DNA of 64,000 nt. It comes from Octopus sinensis. Its lineage: Eukaryota. Every line of letters begins with the position of its first letter. Within the stretch, counting starts at the first letter, position 1. The stretch covers positions 37,758,001 to 37,822,000 of the forward strand of contig NC_043003.1 of the NCBI RefSeq assembly GCF_006345805.1, given 5' to 3'. The position numbers and the translations under genes are program-made. Positions 11,976 through 24,700 of the stretch are shown one piece after another. Under the pieces are notes generated by a model. That model saw only the letters and a program-made list of their open reading frames with translations, ran no database searches and had not been told where the DNA came from.

Positions 11976-13019
11976 AAAGAAGACGGAATGTATCTCGCAC
12001 TACACTATCAAACATTGTCCTATGTCTATTTTTGTTTTTGTTTAAATCATTTGAACGCAGTATGGATTAATGCTAAAGATAATGAGTTATTGTTTTGAAA
12101 AATCTCTATTGCTGCTGCTGTTGCCACAACCACCACTGCTACCACCACCATCACGGTCTTCATGAGCTCTGTAATTAATGGTTTACTATTACCAAAAATC
12201 TAATGCATCACCAACAGCACAAATGATGTTGTCACAATCATCATCATCATTGTCAATATGAACTCTTTCAGTAATAGCTTATTGTTTTGAAAAAATTGGT
12301 AGCACATCCATGGTAGCAGTATCATCATCATCAACATCAACATCATGAGCCCTATCACTAATGGCTTCACATTATCTCTTATCTGGATTATTAATTTTCT
12401 CTAGCTATCATATATTATTCTTTACATTATTTAATACGACGAAATCTGATCCTTCACAATGGTCACTATTACTACTTTGGACATCAAGTTTAGACAAACC
12501 ACCTGGTACCCCAACCAACTCACCCACCCAACTACACAGTCTTCTTAACCATCCATGCTACTATCCACCAAAATGGTTCATCTTTTACCACTTTCTTTAC
12601 ATCATTCTCTAAACCTGCATGTCCAAGCATGAAGTTATCTCCTTGATGCAGACTGGATACAATTAACTAATGAAAACATCACCAACACCGGCACAAATGA
12701 CAATGAAGATTTATGTTGATGATGATAATGATAGCAATGATGATGATGATGACAACAATAGAGAAAAATTTAAATACCTGAAAAAAGATTAATAAATAAA
12801 AGATAGTGCTCAGTTTCATAATCAGTTGTTGTAGTTGAGACACCACCAAGCATTACATTTTCAAGCTTGAACCAATGAGGAACCAACAATATGCAATTAC
12901 TTAATGTGGCAGAAATAGCAGAACAACTGAATCTCCCACAAATCTCACCCTAGCATCTTAAAAACAAAAGGGAAGGGAATACATTAGACAATTTAGGCAT
13001 AGATATATAAACAAGATGG

Positions 13020-13260
13020 GAAGTCATGTAGCCTAGTGGTTAAGATGTTGCACTCAAGATTGTAAGATCATGGTTTCAATTTCTGGATCAGGCAGTGTGT
13101 TGAATTCTTGAGCGAAACACTTCATTTCACATGGCTCCAGTCCACTCATCTGTTAATGAGTAATTTTGTGATGATTGGTGTCACATTCAAGGGGAATGTT
13201 GTAAGCTCAGATGCTTATACACCATAGCAACCAGGTAACTGGCCTTAAGAGTCCTAAGAC
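13020..13260 (+). mobile_element. tRNA-derived SINE (family C), diverged
   Basis: A-box tagcctagtggtt, B-box-like ggtttcaatttc and ...cttgagcgaaacacttcatttcac body. Similar copies near 8310, 21300 and 34340. Confidence 0.6.
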
Positions 13261-13445
13261 TCAAGATAATAATGTTTAAAAAAAAGAAATAAATGATGGT
13301 CATAGCTGGAATACTTTTGATCACACATTTATTCAATCAGGGCTGACTTTGGCCAAAACAACAATTACACAAGTCAAGTCAACATTCCTGAAATTTGAGT
13401 ATTACAGTATGATAAGCTTGAACATTACATATCAATGGGCATTTA

Positions 13446-13532
13446 CAGTTTTTGCTTAGATGCTGTCTCCTGCTCTTCCACCACCACGATGTCATTGTAT
13501 TGGAAGAGGAGACAGCATTTAAGCAAAAACTG
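13446..13532. other. 87-nt near-perfect hairpin (pre-miRNA-like or tiny MITE)
   Basis: Arms 13446-13480 and 13501-13532 pair over 32 bp with one G-U and one 3-nt bulge; 20-nt loop. Confidence 0.7.
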
Positions 13533-13539
13533 ATGAGGA

Positions 13540-13760
13540 CATCATCATCATCATTTAACATCTGTTTTTCCATGCTGACATAGGTTGAATGGCTTGACAG
13601 GGCCGCATTAGATTTCATAGTTAATTTTGGCTTGGTTTCTACAGTTGGGTGCCCTTCATAATGGCAACCAATTTACATGGTGTAGTGGGTGCTTTCTTGG
13701 CACCAGCACCAGTGCTTTTTATGTAGCACCAGCACCCACACCAATACTTTTAATGTGGCA
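13540..13760 (-). mobile_element. RTE-related 3' tail repeat, antisense
   Basis: catcatcatcatttaacatctgtttttccatgctg...gcccttcataatg...gtgctttttatgt. Confidence 0.6.
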
Positions 13761-16700
13761 CCTTGGTCTTAAGACCCGAATTCTGTTGTGGTGGGCAGGT
13801 CGTCTTGAGTACAGCAATGCATCATATAGCTGTTGTACTCTTTTGATCTTGTAAAATTATCAACACTCCCTCCACCTCACCCACCACATTACACTTATAT
13901 TGAAGTTACTCCAGTCCACTCAGCTGGCAAAAATAAGTAGTACCTGTATTTCAAAGGGTGAGCCTTGTCATACTCTGTATCATGCTGAAACCCCCTGAGA
14001 ACTACATTAAGGGTACATGTGTCTGTGGAGTGCTCAGCCATCTTGCATGTTAATTTCACAAGTAGGCTGTTCCATTGATTGGATCAGCTGGAACCCTCAT
14101 CATGATAACCAACAGAGAGATGTTTTATATTCTTCCCAGGTTGGGATGTCGGTCCATCACAGAATTACACATTTTTACCAGTTGAGTGAACTGGAGCAAC
14201 ATGAAACAAAGTATTTTGCTCAAGAACACAATGCATTGCCTAGTCCAGGAATCAAAACCACCATCTTGAGTCCAACAACCTTAACCACTAAGCCATGCAC
14301 CTCCACAATCCCAGCATATAACTGGCACTAATTTTTTATTAACTCCTAAAACACAAAAGGTAGTAAAATATGAAATTGGGAAGTGGCACAAGATGAAGAT
14401 GTTCTTATTTAGCCCAGATCTGTCTTGATCAATCAGGTTTGATCAATGGTGTTCCAGATGGTTTTTTTTAAATATTAATCTTTTAGTTAGGAGAGAAGTG
14501 AATTGCTCATAAATCTTTTACAGAGCTTCTGAGACTGGTTTAAGAAAATCTCCTCAACTGAAGACCTGATCCAAATACTTACAACAGAGTGAACTCTGCT
14601 AAAGGCACCCAAAGTGACAGTTGGATAGTGTGAAACTAAGTGATGGATTAAGTCTACACCTAAGTAGACCATGGTAGGATTTGAACTCAGAACACAAAGA
14701 GCTGAAACAAATACTGTAAATCATCTGGTCTGACATTCTTATAATTTCACCAATCTACTGTCCTGGATTGATATTTTTTTTATTGACACTAAAAGGCTAG
14801 AAGACAAAGTTAACCAGAGCAGGATTTGAATTTAAGGCACAGTGCACAGAACAAATATTGCTAAACATTTTATCTGCTGCTCTAACAATTCAACCAATTC
14901 ACCACCTAAAGAGATAATCCACTTAGTGTGTAAAAACTAGACTTAGAACTGTTGTGCTATATTGCTACATGTTATAAGAAGAAAACTAAAAGTGTTGGTA
15001 TCAGAAAGTGCCTCAAAAAGTGAGCTATGATGAATATAAAATGACCATCATATTTACAATTAGTAACACCTGCTTTGGTAGCAGAAAAAATTACCTTCAT
15101 TCTTAGTATCAGATACAATATTTAGCTTATTTATGATTAAATGATTGAGCAAATTCATAGAGGCTTCCTCATTCATTGACCAGTGGTGAGGGTAAATCAA
15201 TCACAAATGTCATGTGTAAGTCATAGCTCTGAATCAAATTCACAATGACTTTCAGTATTGGATTATTGACAACCATCCACGTGATTAGAAGTTCTAAAAC
15301 TTCCTGTTAAGAACAGCCAGTGCTTGTTTGTTAAAAAAATATGGTGACTACTCTCTATTATTAGGTGGAAAACCACATCTGGATTGAGGGTATTGTGAAA
15401 AAAAGATAAAACTGAACAAGTGTTATATCAAAAGTTATGTCCCTTAGTCGCAAAAGTTTTCAAAAAAATGTGTGTAGTGGTATTCATGTTGGGTTTGGAA
15501 TGCAAATAGAGGAGGTATAACATGTGTAGGGTCTGGGGGATGGGCAAATGCTTAAGCACTTAAGCCAATGTTTGAGTGCATATGTACTGAAGTGTTCATT
15601 AGTGTATGTTTTGGTGAGACTCTTTGTTGGGTTCTCAGGATATGGTGATGAAAGAGCTGGAAGTGGAGAATTGGTGATAATCATGATGGGGCTTATAGAC
15701 ACAATAGAATATACCTTCTATATTGTGGGCAAGGGCTAAAAATTTACTTCTGCAGTTTAGGTAGATGCCTGGGTGCCAATAGATTTTAAATGGCTCTTTT
15801 TTTTTTTGATTAAACACAACTTGCATCTCTGCTGCTATTAAAACAGTTACTGCATCCGATCCTAAAGGAACTTTCTGTCACTCACACATACTTTCCCATT
15901 TGGACCTTTTGATGTTACCTGTGCCTCATATACAACTGTTTCCATGTTACAGTGGTTGTTAAGGAGACATATGGTGTTACCTCTACATGAGCATCTAGTC
16001 TTTGACACAGGTGTGGGCCTGCCTACTAATATCTTTTTTTACACTAGGTGCACAGCTAACAGAAACTCTTAATGTGCATGGGGGAGAGTGCTTATCTACT
16101 AAGCAAAGGAAAATCCTACCCATACAAGTTTTTACGCTTAAGAAGAAGAGGCGATGCAAACCACAACACTTTCCAAAGAAAATCTGCTTCAACATGTGAC
16201 TTAGAGATAAGAGTGTTGGGCTCACAATCATAATGTTGTGGACCAGGTAGTGTGTTATGTCCTTGAGCAAGGCACTTCATTTCACTTTAAATCTAATAAG
16301 CCGAAAATCAATAACAACTTCTCTCCCTGAAACAAACATAGGATGGCCAGAGGGTGTCTATAGCTACTTGCAATTACATAGGTGCCAAAAGCAGTTAACA
16401 AGAGGATAGTACATGCTACCATATCGTAATTACTCATGAGTGATGGCCACTGTTCTTTTATACATAACAAGTATCAACCTTATTTGACATTCATGTCTTT
16501 TTTTATATATACAGTTGGTACTTGTGATTATTTTTCTATAACCTTATGTTCGACTAATATCATTAACTGTGACTTTTAATGCTCATTCTCAGATTAGTCA
16601 AGACAACTGACAAACCATTTTTCCACTACTACTACCCCCACCACCCTACATTATGATTGTGTGTGTGCACGTGTGTGTGTGCATGTATATGTATCTATAC

Positions 16701-17750
16701 AAATATACATACACTTGTATCATGTGTGTAAGTATATGTATATATGTGAGTATCTATATGTATACATGTAATGTATGTTTCTATATATATATGAGTGTGT
16801 ATACCTATATGTGTGTGTGTGTCTATATATGTGTGCATATATGTATGTATATATACACACATATATATGCATAGGTAGAGAGGGGGGAAGAAAGAGGATA
16901 CAGGGAACTTCTGTTAGCAAACAGTTCAAAGCTAGACTTACTAAGGTGTTTTTAATGTGTTTTTACCTGTTGAGGAGAGAAAAAAATTTTCCAGTCTAAA
17001 CAGTTTTACTTCATGACCTTGCTCTCTCCAAGAGTTATATTGGAGGTGTGTGTGTGTGTGTGATATGAAGAAAGGTAAAAGAAAAAAAAATGAATAAATA
17101 AATGTAAGCACACACAGACACTTGCTCTTCTCTCTCTTCACCAAATCTTTCTCCATTTCTTTCTCCTTCAGTCTCTCCTCAACTCAATCTCTAGACTTCT
17201 ATTTCTATCTCCTTTTTCCACCACATCTATGTCCTCCAATTTCTCTCTCTCTCTTCCTCCACCTTTCCCTTTACCTACTCTCCACTAGTGTTTTTACACT
17301 TTCTTCCTCCCCATTCTCCGACCCCCTTCTCTCTCTCTCTCTCTCAAAATGTACAGTACACTTAAGGAAATGATGGATCAAATCCTTTATTTACATAAGA
17401 CAACACAAACACAAGATGGAAAAAGCAAAGCAAGCCTGTGCCTGAACAAAGACATGTTTGGCTTAGCTTAGTTAATCTTTCCCCTTGACAGCGCCAATGT
17501 TCAGTGTTTATAGATTGATCATATATCCACCAACAGCAACACTGGATGGATAGAATGAAAATAGACCCCATTATGCCACACATTTTCATGTCTGGGGTAG
17601 TTCTTTTCAGTACAAGATGATAAACATTGAATGCTTGGACAGGTAATTTGGTACAGAAAGTGGTGCACTGAGCTAAACACTTCACTCTATGCAATATGAT
17701 TACTTAAGTCCTACGAGAGATTTTAATTTCGTCTTTTATCGTCCTGGATA

Positions 17751-17804
<54 letters not shown>

Positions 17805-17934
17805 ACATGAGTAAGCACATAAATGCAAAACCAGGTGGAGAAAAAATAGTATTCGAATACCAAAGGCAGAGTAATATGCTTTTATTAAAGCTGCAAAAAT
17901 CTTCACAAATTTGTGAAGAAATTTTAGTCAAATG

Positions 17935-18330
17935 AATCGACCCCAATATTGATATTCTTAAGCCTGGTACTTATTCTACCAGTTCTTTTGCTGAACTGCT
18001 AAGTCACGGGGATGTAAACACAATATCAATTGTCAAGTGATGGTGGTGGACAAATACATACACACACACACACACACACATATGATGAATTTCTTTCAGT
18101 TTCTATCTACTGAATCCATTCCCAAGGCTTTGGTCAGCCCAAGGTTTTGATCAGCCCAAGGTTTTGGTCAGCCCAAAGCCTTGGTTGGCCCTAGGCTTGG
18201 GTCAGCGCAAGGCTTGGTCAGCCCAAGGTTATTATAAAAGACACTTGCCAAAAGTACCACACAGTGGGACTGAACCCAGAACCCTGTGGTTGGGAAGCAA
18301 ACTTCTTACCACTCAGCCATGCCTGCACCT
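17935..18330 (-). mobile_element. Family A SINE with internal 17-bp tandem expansion
   Basis: SINE body with about six copies of cccaaggytttggtcag at 18121-18230. Confidence 0.8.
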
Positions 18331-20417
18331 ATAATGATGATGATGATGATGATGATGTCAACTGTGCCTTAAATTGTCAATAAAATAAAATAACTCTCTA
18401 GGTTAATGAACAAGTAGAATTATTCAAGCTTCAATAAAAATGCTTGTGGTGTTTATTTTATTTCTATGTTCTGAGTTTGAATTCTACCTCGGTCATCTTT
18501 GTCATTTGTCCTTCCAAATTAAGGACCAGTGAAAGCATTCTTTCTGTCTTACAGCTATCATGTCTTAGAAATATTGCTGAGTCAAGGGTATGAAGCTGGA
18601 GAGAATGTCTGTATCAGCTCACAACTACACAGGAACCCAAATTAAGAATAAAGGTAAAAGTGCATGCTGCTACCATGTCATACTTGATTGCAAGTGCCAG
18701 ACATGTCAAACATAAATAGTTGGAAATAAATACAGAATCCAAAGAAACTAGCAGTGTCTTGTGTCAGCAGCAACCCTTAAATATTCACAAATTCACAGAA
18801 TTTTATGAAATTTATGCCTCAGGAAGGCAAAAGTATTGATGCATTAATAAAGCTTTTTGTTAGAGAGAAAATTTTGCAAGAAATGTTTGTATTTGTATCT
18901 CCCCATAGCATATATATAACTCCAAATTTACAAACTTTAGTAATATAAGGGACTGATTCAACTCCATTATATTCTGGTTCCTTTGTTCTTGTTGGTGTTT
19001 AGCCCTAAATCAGCTCTGACAGAACAAGGTTATGATCAAAGGTATTCCAACTATGACCATCCCATCTTTTTATATATCTGGGATTACATTATCCGATATA
19101 TATCCTTCACTTTTTCTAAGAAGGTAGAATGCAAGTTGCAGGAGATTTGACTGTTATTTCTACCATCTACTTGAAGGCTCCATCAACAGATAACACCTGT
19201 GGAGTAAAGTCTGTAGACAGTCATTTGACCTGCTAAAAATAACAGTCAAATCTCCCTCAAATCATACAGACAGGTGCTAAGCAACAACAACAACCACCAT
19301 CATACTGTGGGTGGCCTACCAGCCCTCCACCAAGAAGGTGCTGACTTATTCATACATTTTTATACATCACTGTTTTTACAGTCAACTCCTAATTATTTCC
19401 ACAGTCGACTCATTAAATATTGACTTGTTTTCTGAGGTGGTTTCTGGAGCAACTATACAAGACTATTCATGGATGGCTAGATGGACGGATTTATGTATGA
19501 ATGATTGCAGGTGTGTATGAGCATATTGATGTATAGTGTGAGTATTTAGTTAGTGGGTGGGGATTACTATGGGGAAAGGTACTGTACCCATGATCTTCAC
19601 AGGTTTGTTTGCTATACATCCCATTTCTCTTGTAACCAAATAAGCAATCCGAAAATGTAAGTGGTCCAGTATCAACTTGGTTATATTTTTCAGGAGAGTG
19701 CTCAACCAAACATAATATTTTGACAAGTGTCAAAAGGCAGCTACACCCATAGATCATGAAAGTTACAGGTGTATTAGCAATTCATTCAAATTCAGTTAGT
19801 TTAAAATTTGCACAAAGGAAGACATAAAAAACAGAAAGTATACATCAAGTCACTAAGTAGAACAAGCAATAAATATTGTACCAAGTTATTAGTCAGAATA
19901 TTGCTCATATAAATTTTATATCAACACATACCCCACACATGCATACATGTACTCTACACAAGGAGAGAGGGGGAGAGGAGGAGAAATAGAGAGAGAGAGC
20001 GGAAGGTTCTTTTTCATCTTCATTCATTTGCTTTATGTCTGTTTTTCCCATGTCAGTATGGGTTAGATAAATACTTATTACTGAAACTTTTTTTACAGCT
20101 GGATACCTTTCCTATGACTAACCCCAAAGGTTGTTTGTTTTTTTTTAATTCCACTTGTCTTCAAAAGTACAGAGCTAGAGGATGATCTGTTGACAAAGAA
20201 GGTCAACATAACATCATTGATTTTTCTCAGTGCTTTCATACAAAAACATAAAAGGCATCCACAAATACATGCGTGCACACACACTAACACACAATGAGTT
20301 TCCATATAGTTTCTGTCAACCAATTCTATTCCACTCACAAACTTTGGTTGGCCTTAGTCTACATTAGAAGACATTCTATGCAGAGACATAGAGCCTGAGA
20401 CCAATAGTTACAATGTA

Positions 20418-21022
20418 GTATAATAATAATAATAATAATGAAATTATTGTATACAGTGCTCAGGTGCACCACAACTTGTCAAAAGTGCATATAAAGCATA
20501 TGTAGTAATGTACAAATGTCTGGAAAGTTAACAGTGTACGACTCAGATACATGCTTGCATGTGTATGGAGGGGAGAAAATCAGGTGTAGTGTTGGCAAAT
20601 CTCAGGAAGCATGGAAGTTTTGAAGGATGCAGTGCTCCAACAACTAACAACTGATGCCAGCAGTCTGTTCCATGCTTCAGCAACTCTTAGCGTGAAAAAA
20701 TGTTTCCGAAAGTCATGGGAGCTGTGCTGTTTTCTGACTTTGTAAACATGCCCATGGGTGTTTGAAAAGGTGCTCAGAGTATTGTTTGTAAGATTGTTAA
20801 TAATTTTATGGGTGTCTGCCAAGTCAGCTGCCAGACGTCGGAATTTCAATGTATCCATGCCCAGGGAAGTAAAGTGTTCAGAATATGGCAAATGCCTGAT
20901 GGAGGGTATTCTCTAGGTTGCATGTCACTGAACGGCTTCCAGACAATATCCTGGGCAAGATAGGGGTTCCAGACTGGTGATGCAAATTCCAGGTGAGGTC
21001 GCACCATAGCTATATAAAGCTA
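20418..21022 (-). mobile_element. CR1 LINE ORF2 C-terminus and 3' UTR with (ATT)n tail
   Basis: ORF 20580-20891 has RRLAADL..THKII, HGHVYKVRK, RKHFFTLRVAEAWNRL and SFK; upstream sequence reads YIAMVRPHLEFASPVWNP. Confidence 0.9.
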
Positions 21023-21299
21023 TATAAAAAAAACATTGAAAACCAACAAGACATGGGAGAGGAACGCTTTCTCTCTGGGAAGCAGAAGATTCAACCCAGA
21101 GTCAAGAATTGTGGAGAAAAGTTGTTAATGGCCTATGCTCTCAAAGTAATGAAGGGTTCAAATAAATGAAAGGATAAAAGGTAAAGTTGACCTCTGCAGG
21201 ATTTGAACAGGAACACAGAGAGTTGAAACAAATATCACATGGTATTTCTATCCAATGCTGTAATGACTACCATTTTACTGTCGTCTTTTTTGTCTAGGT

Positions 21300-21530
21300 G
21301 GAGATGCATGGTTTAGTGGTTAGTATGTAGGACTCATGACTGTAAGATTGTGGTTTTGATTCCTGGACCAGGCAATGTGTTGTGTTCTTGAGCAAAACAT
21401 TTAATTTCACATTGTTCAAGTCCACTCAGCTAGCAAAAATGAGTAATCCTACAACATACTGGTATCTCGTCAGGCGGGAAAAAAAATATATGCTTCACAG
21501 AAACCAGGAAACCATCCCGATGAATCTATA
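21300..21530 (+). mobile_element. Family C SINE, diverged
   Basis: gcatggtttagtggttag...gattcctggaccagg...ttgagcaaaaca...tccactcagct. Confidence 0.6.
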
Positions 21531-22507
21531 AGTCTCAGGGAGGATCTTTTCTCTGTCTATATACATGATAAATCTGTCAAACATTATAGATATTGATTAT
21601 AAAGAGTATCCATAAGAAAATGTTCAATCCCTCAAGTCGTGCCAAACAACAAAGTTTGCTGCAATCTTCTAAATTTCATGCATGAAATGAAACTCATCCA
21701 GCAGAAGGAATCAGAGAATTAAAGAATTGGTAAAGAATTGGTAATAATTCCTTTCTATTAAAGACATAAGGCCTGAAAATTGCAGGAGCAGGGGATTAAT
21801 TGATTACACTGACCCTCAGTATTCAACTGATAACTATTTCATCAACTACAAAAGGATGAAAGGCAAAGTTGAGTTGGGTGGAATTTGAACTCCAAAAACG
21901 AAAACTAATAATTAGAATTTAACCGACCTTCACCAGATAAAAATATAGAATGCACCTTGTTACAGTGTGCTTCTCCAGATTTATGTTTTTCTAATAACGA
22001 TATATATACATATTGATTCCTTTTAATTGTTATATATATACATATATACACACACAAACACATATATTTATAAGTATACTATTTAAATATGCATCTAAGT
22101 GTGTGTGTGTAACTCCCAAAAGTAATTCTCCAGTGTCTAACATTTAAGCCAAATTATCTTCCTACAAATACAACAGGTTGTTAGAAATCAACAAAAAAAT
22201 TATCATTCTGTTTGTCTCATTGATTGACATAACAATTAAAGAATTGTGCTTAATCACTTAGGTCTGTGATGAGTACACAAATCCATTTATAATCTTGTCT
22301 TATTTTTTGCTTTTGTTTTGTCACTTTCTCCATTTTCTAATGACTATCATTTTATAGGAGTTAATCTGACTTCAACCACCGACGAGATGAAAACCACAAA
22401 GCACCACATTTGTGTGTGGAGAAATATATTTACCCCAGTCTAGGTATCACACCTTATAGAAGTATGGAGAATTTTCTTTCTTTCTTTGTTTATTTTAATT
22501 TCATTGC

Positions 22508-22694
22508 TCTACTCTTTACTCTTTTACTTGTTTCAGTCATGTGACTGTGGCCATGCTGGAGCACTGCCTTTAGTTGAGCAAATCGACTCCAGGACTTATT
22601 CTTTGTAAGCCTAGTACTTATTCTATTGGTCTCTTTTGCCGAACCGCTAAGTTACGGGGACAAACACAAACATACACACACATACATACATACA

Positions 22695-22772
<78 letters not shown>

Positions 22773-22945
22773 CACACATATATACAACGGGCTTCTTTCA
22801 GTTTCGGTCTACCAAATCCACTCACAAGGCTTTGGTCGGCCCAAGGCTATAGTAGAAGACACTTGCCCAAGGTGCCACGCAGTGGGACTGAACCTGGAAC
22901 CATGTGGTTCGTTAGCAAGCTACTTACCACACAGCCACTCCTATG
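22508..22945 (-). mobile_element. Near full-length family A SINE with expanded central (TA)n
   Basis: Complete body from tail actctttactcttttacttg to head ...accacacagccactcc. Confidence 0.9.
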
Positions 22946-24283
22946 CCTATATTATTTATTTTTTAAATATTTATTTATTTTAAAAAAAAGTTTTGTTACT
23001 TAATCAGAGGAAGGTCGGTGCTCTTGCCCTTTATCAAGATTTCTGAGACATGTGTGGAAGGAAATTATCCTGAAATTGGTAGCCAGGGTTGAATGTTTGC
23101 AATAGAGAGGACTCCACTAAAGGCACTCACATCCCAGGTAATGGTGTTAAGCTAAGCCACAGATTTAAGTCTGCCACCCAATAAATACCCTATGTAAAAG
23201 AAAACGGACATGGAGGGGAACTAACATTACAAATAAGAGCTTATCTATGCACATACAAGTACACATGTAAACACTTGCAAGCATGAGCATGTTTATACAG
23301 TATAAAGTAAACAAGAAATAGATAGTATAGTGGAAACAAAGAGAGAAATACAATATAACCTAAAATTTATCATTTGAAGACACTTCAAATTTATGATGTG
23401 ATAAGGTTAATCAACTTTATCTATTTTCTTTATGAAAAAAACTGAATAAATTGAAAGTGTGTTTATCAAATGACCACTTTTGTGCTCTTATGAAAAGTTT
23501 TAATAGTTGATAGAGAAGTCTTCTTAACTGTAGGTAGGTACTATATGTAAGTATAGCTCACTGTCGTATGCGATAACAACTGTTTTGTTAGCTTGAAGTA
23601 CTGAACTCAGTTCTAAGTTGATGAGGCTTTTGAATCTAATTACAAAAAGAGAAATTTTTAGTGATGTCTTTAAGCATAAAAAAAGATTCTGTCCTTTCTT
23701 ATAGTTTACATATGTCTGTGCACTTTCAATTTATGTAATGTAAAGGTTGTCTAAGCTCAAATGGATTTTAAGGGATCTAGTTTCATGATATAAAAGAATG
23801 AGATATAAACCTTGCTCTGGATAATGTACCAGTTTAGCTCAGATGACCTAGTACTTAATGTATTTTCCATCATACAAGTCAAAGTTTTGAGATAGGCCAA
23901 CTTATACACCAAGATGACTTTCAAAGATCAAAAGATCAATGTGAAACACAGCAGGAGTTGGAAAGATAGTGATGATGTGTAAATGCTAACACTAAATGTT
24001 TACACTATATACTATGCTGGCTTGTATGCCAAAAAGTATGTTTTCTCTGACAGAAAAGGACAGTCTTCTAACATGTTTGAAGTGACAGCCTATATGCAAA
24101 TGGTTGAATGCTTTATCTGCTCAGCTGACTCACATATAATTTGTGGTGTATATCCAATTTTTCATGCATTCAGTTCTTCAGCACACATGTTGTCTGCCTG
24201 TTCATTGCTGTTGCTTAGCTCTAGGTCAATTCAAAGCAGACCTATAACAAAATTTTATTTATTATTATTTTTTTTTTTTGGTC

Positions 24284-24700
24284 AGTAAGTTATTTCCTAT
24301 TTGCTTCTATCTAGGAATCAAAGGAAATGACTACCATTCCCTTCAAACTTTGCTTTTATGACCTGGACATCAATGTTTTGAAACTGGCCTATTTTCCATT
24401 ACATTTCATACAGATTCAGCATTGAGTTGCTAAAGCAGAAATATCATTATAGCAAATATTCTGCTCAATATCACAGATTTACTTGTCAGTTGCTTAACCT
24501 GAACCACTTGAGCATGTCCCTTAGTGGCTGACAATATGCGCATCTCTGATCATGAGCAGGAATAGTGGGGAAGCACCATAGCCATGTGCTGAGAAGGAAT
24601 CTTTGAGGTTTGAATAAATGTAACAAAAGCAAAGTTTGAAGGAAATATTTGTAATTTTTCAAAGTTTCTAGGGGTAAGCAAATGGGAAATAATAGTTACT
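24284..24700. mobile_element. Decayed long-TIR MITE enclosing an unclassified repeat
   Basis: About 70-bp imperfect inverted ends (...cccttcaaactttgctttt / aaaagcaaagtttgaagg...). The interior is the reverse complement of part of 52980-53385. Confidence 0.5.

Noticed and set aside
14583-14659. Minus-strand exon candidate with GTAAGT donor
   Set aside because: The acceptor and 5' part derive from a decayed family B SINE, and the peptide is not recognisable.
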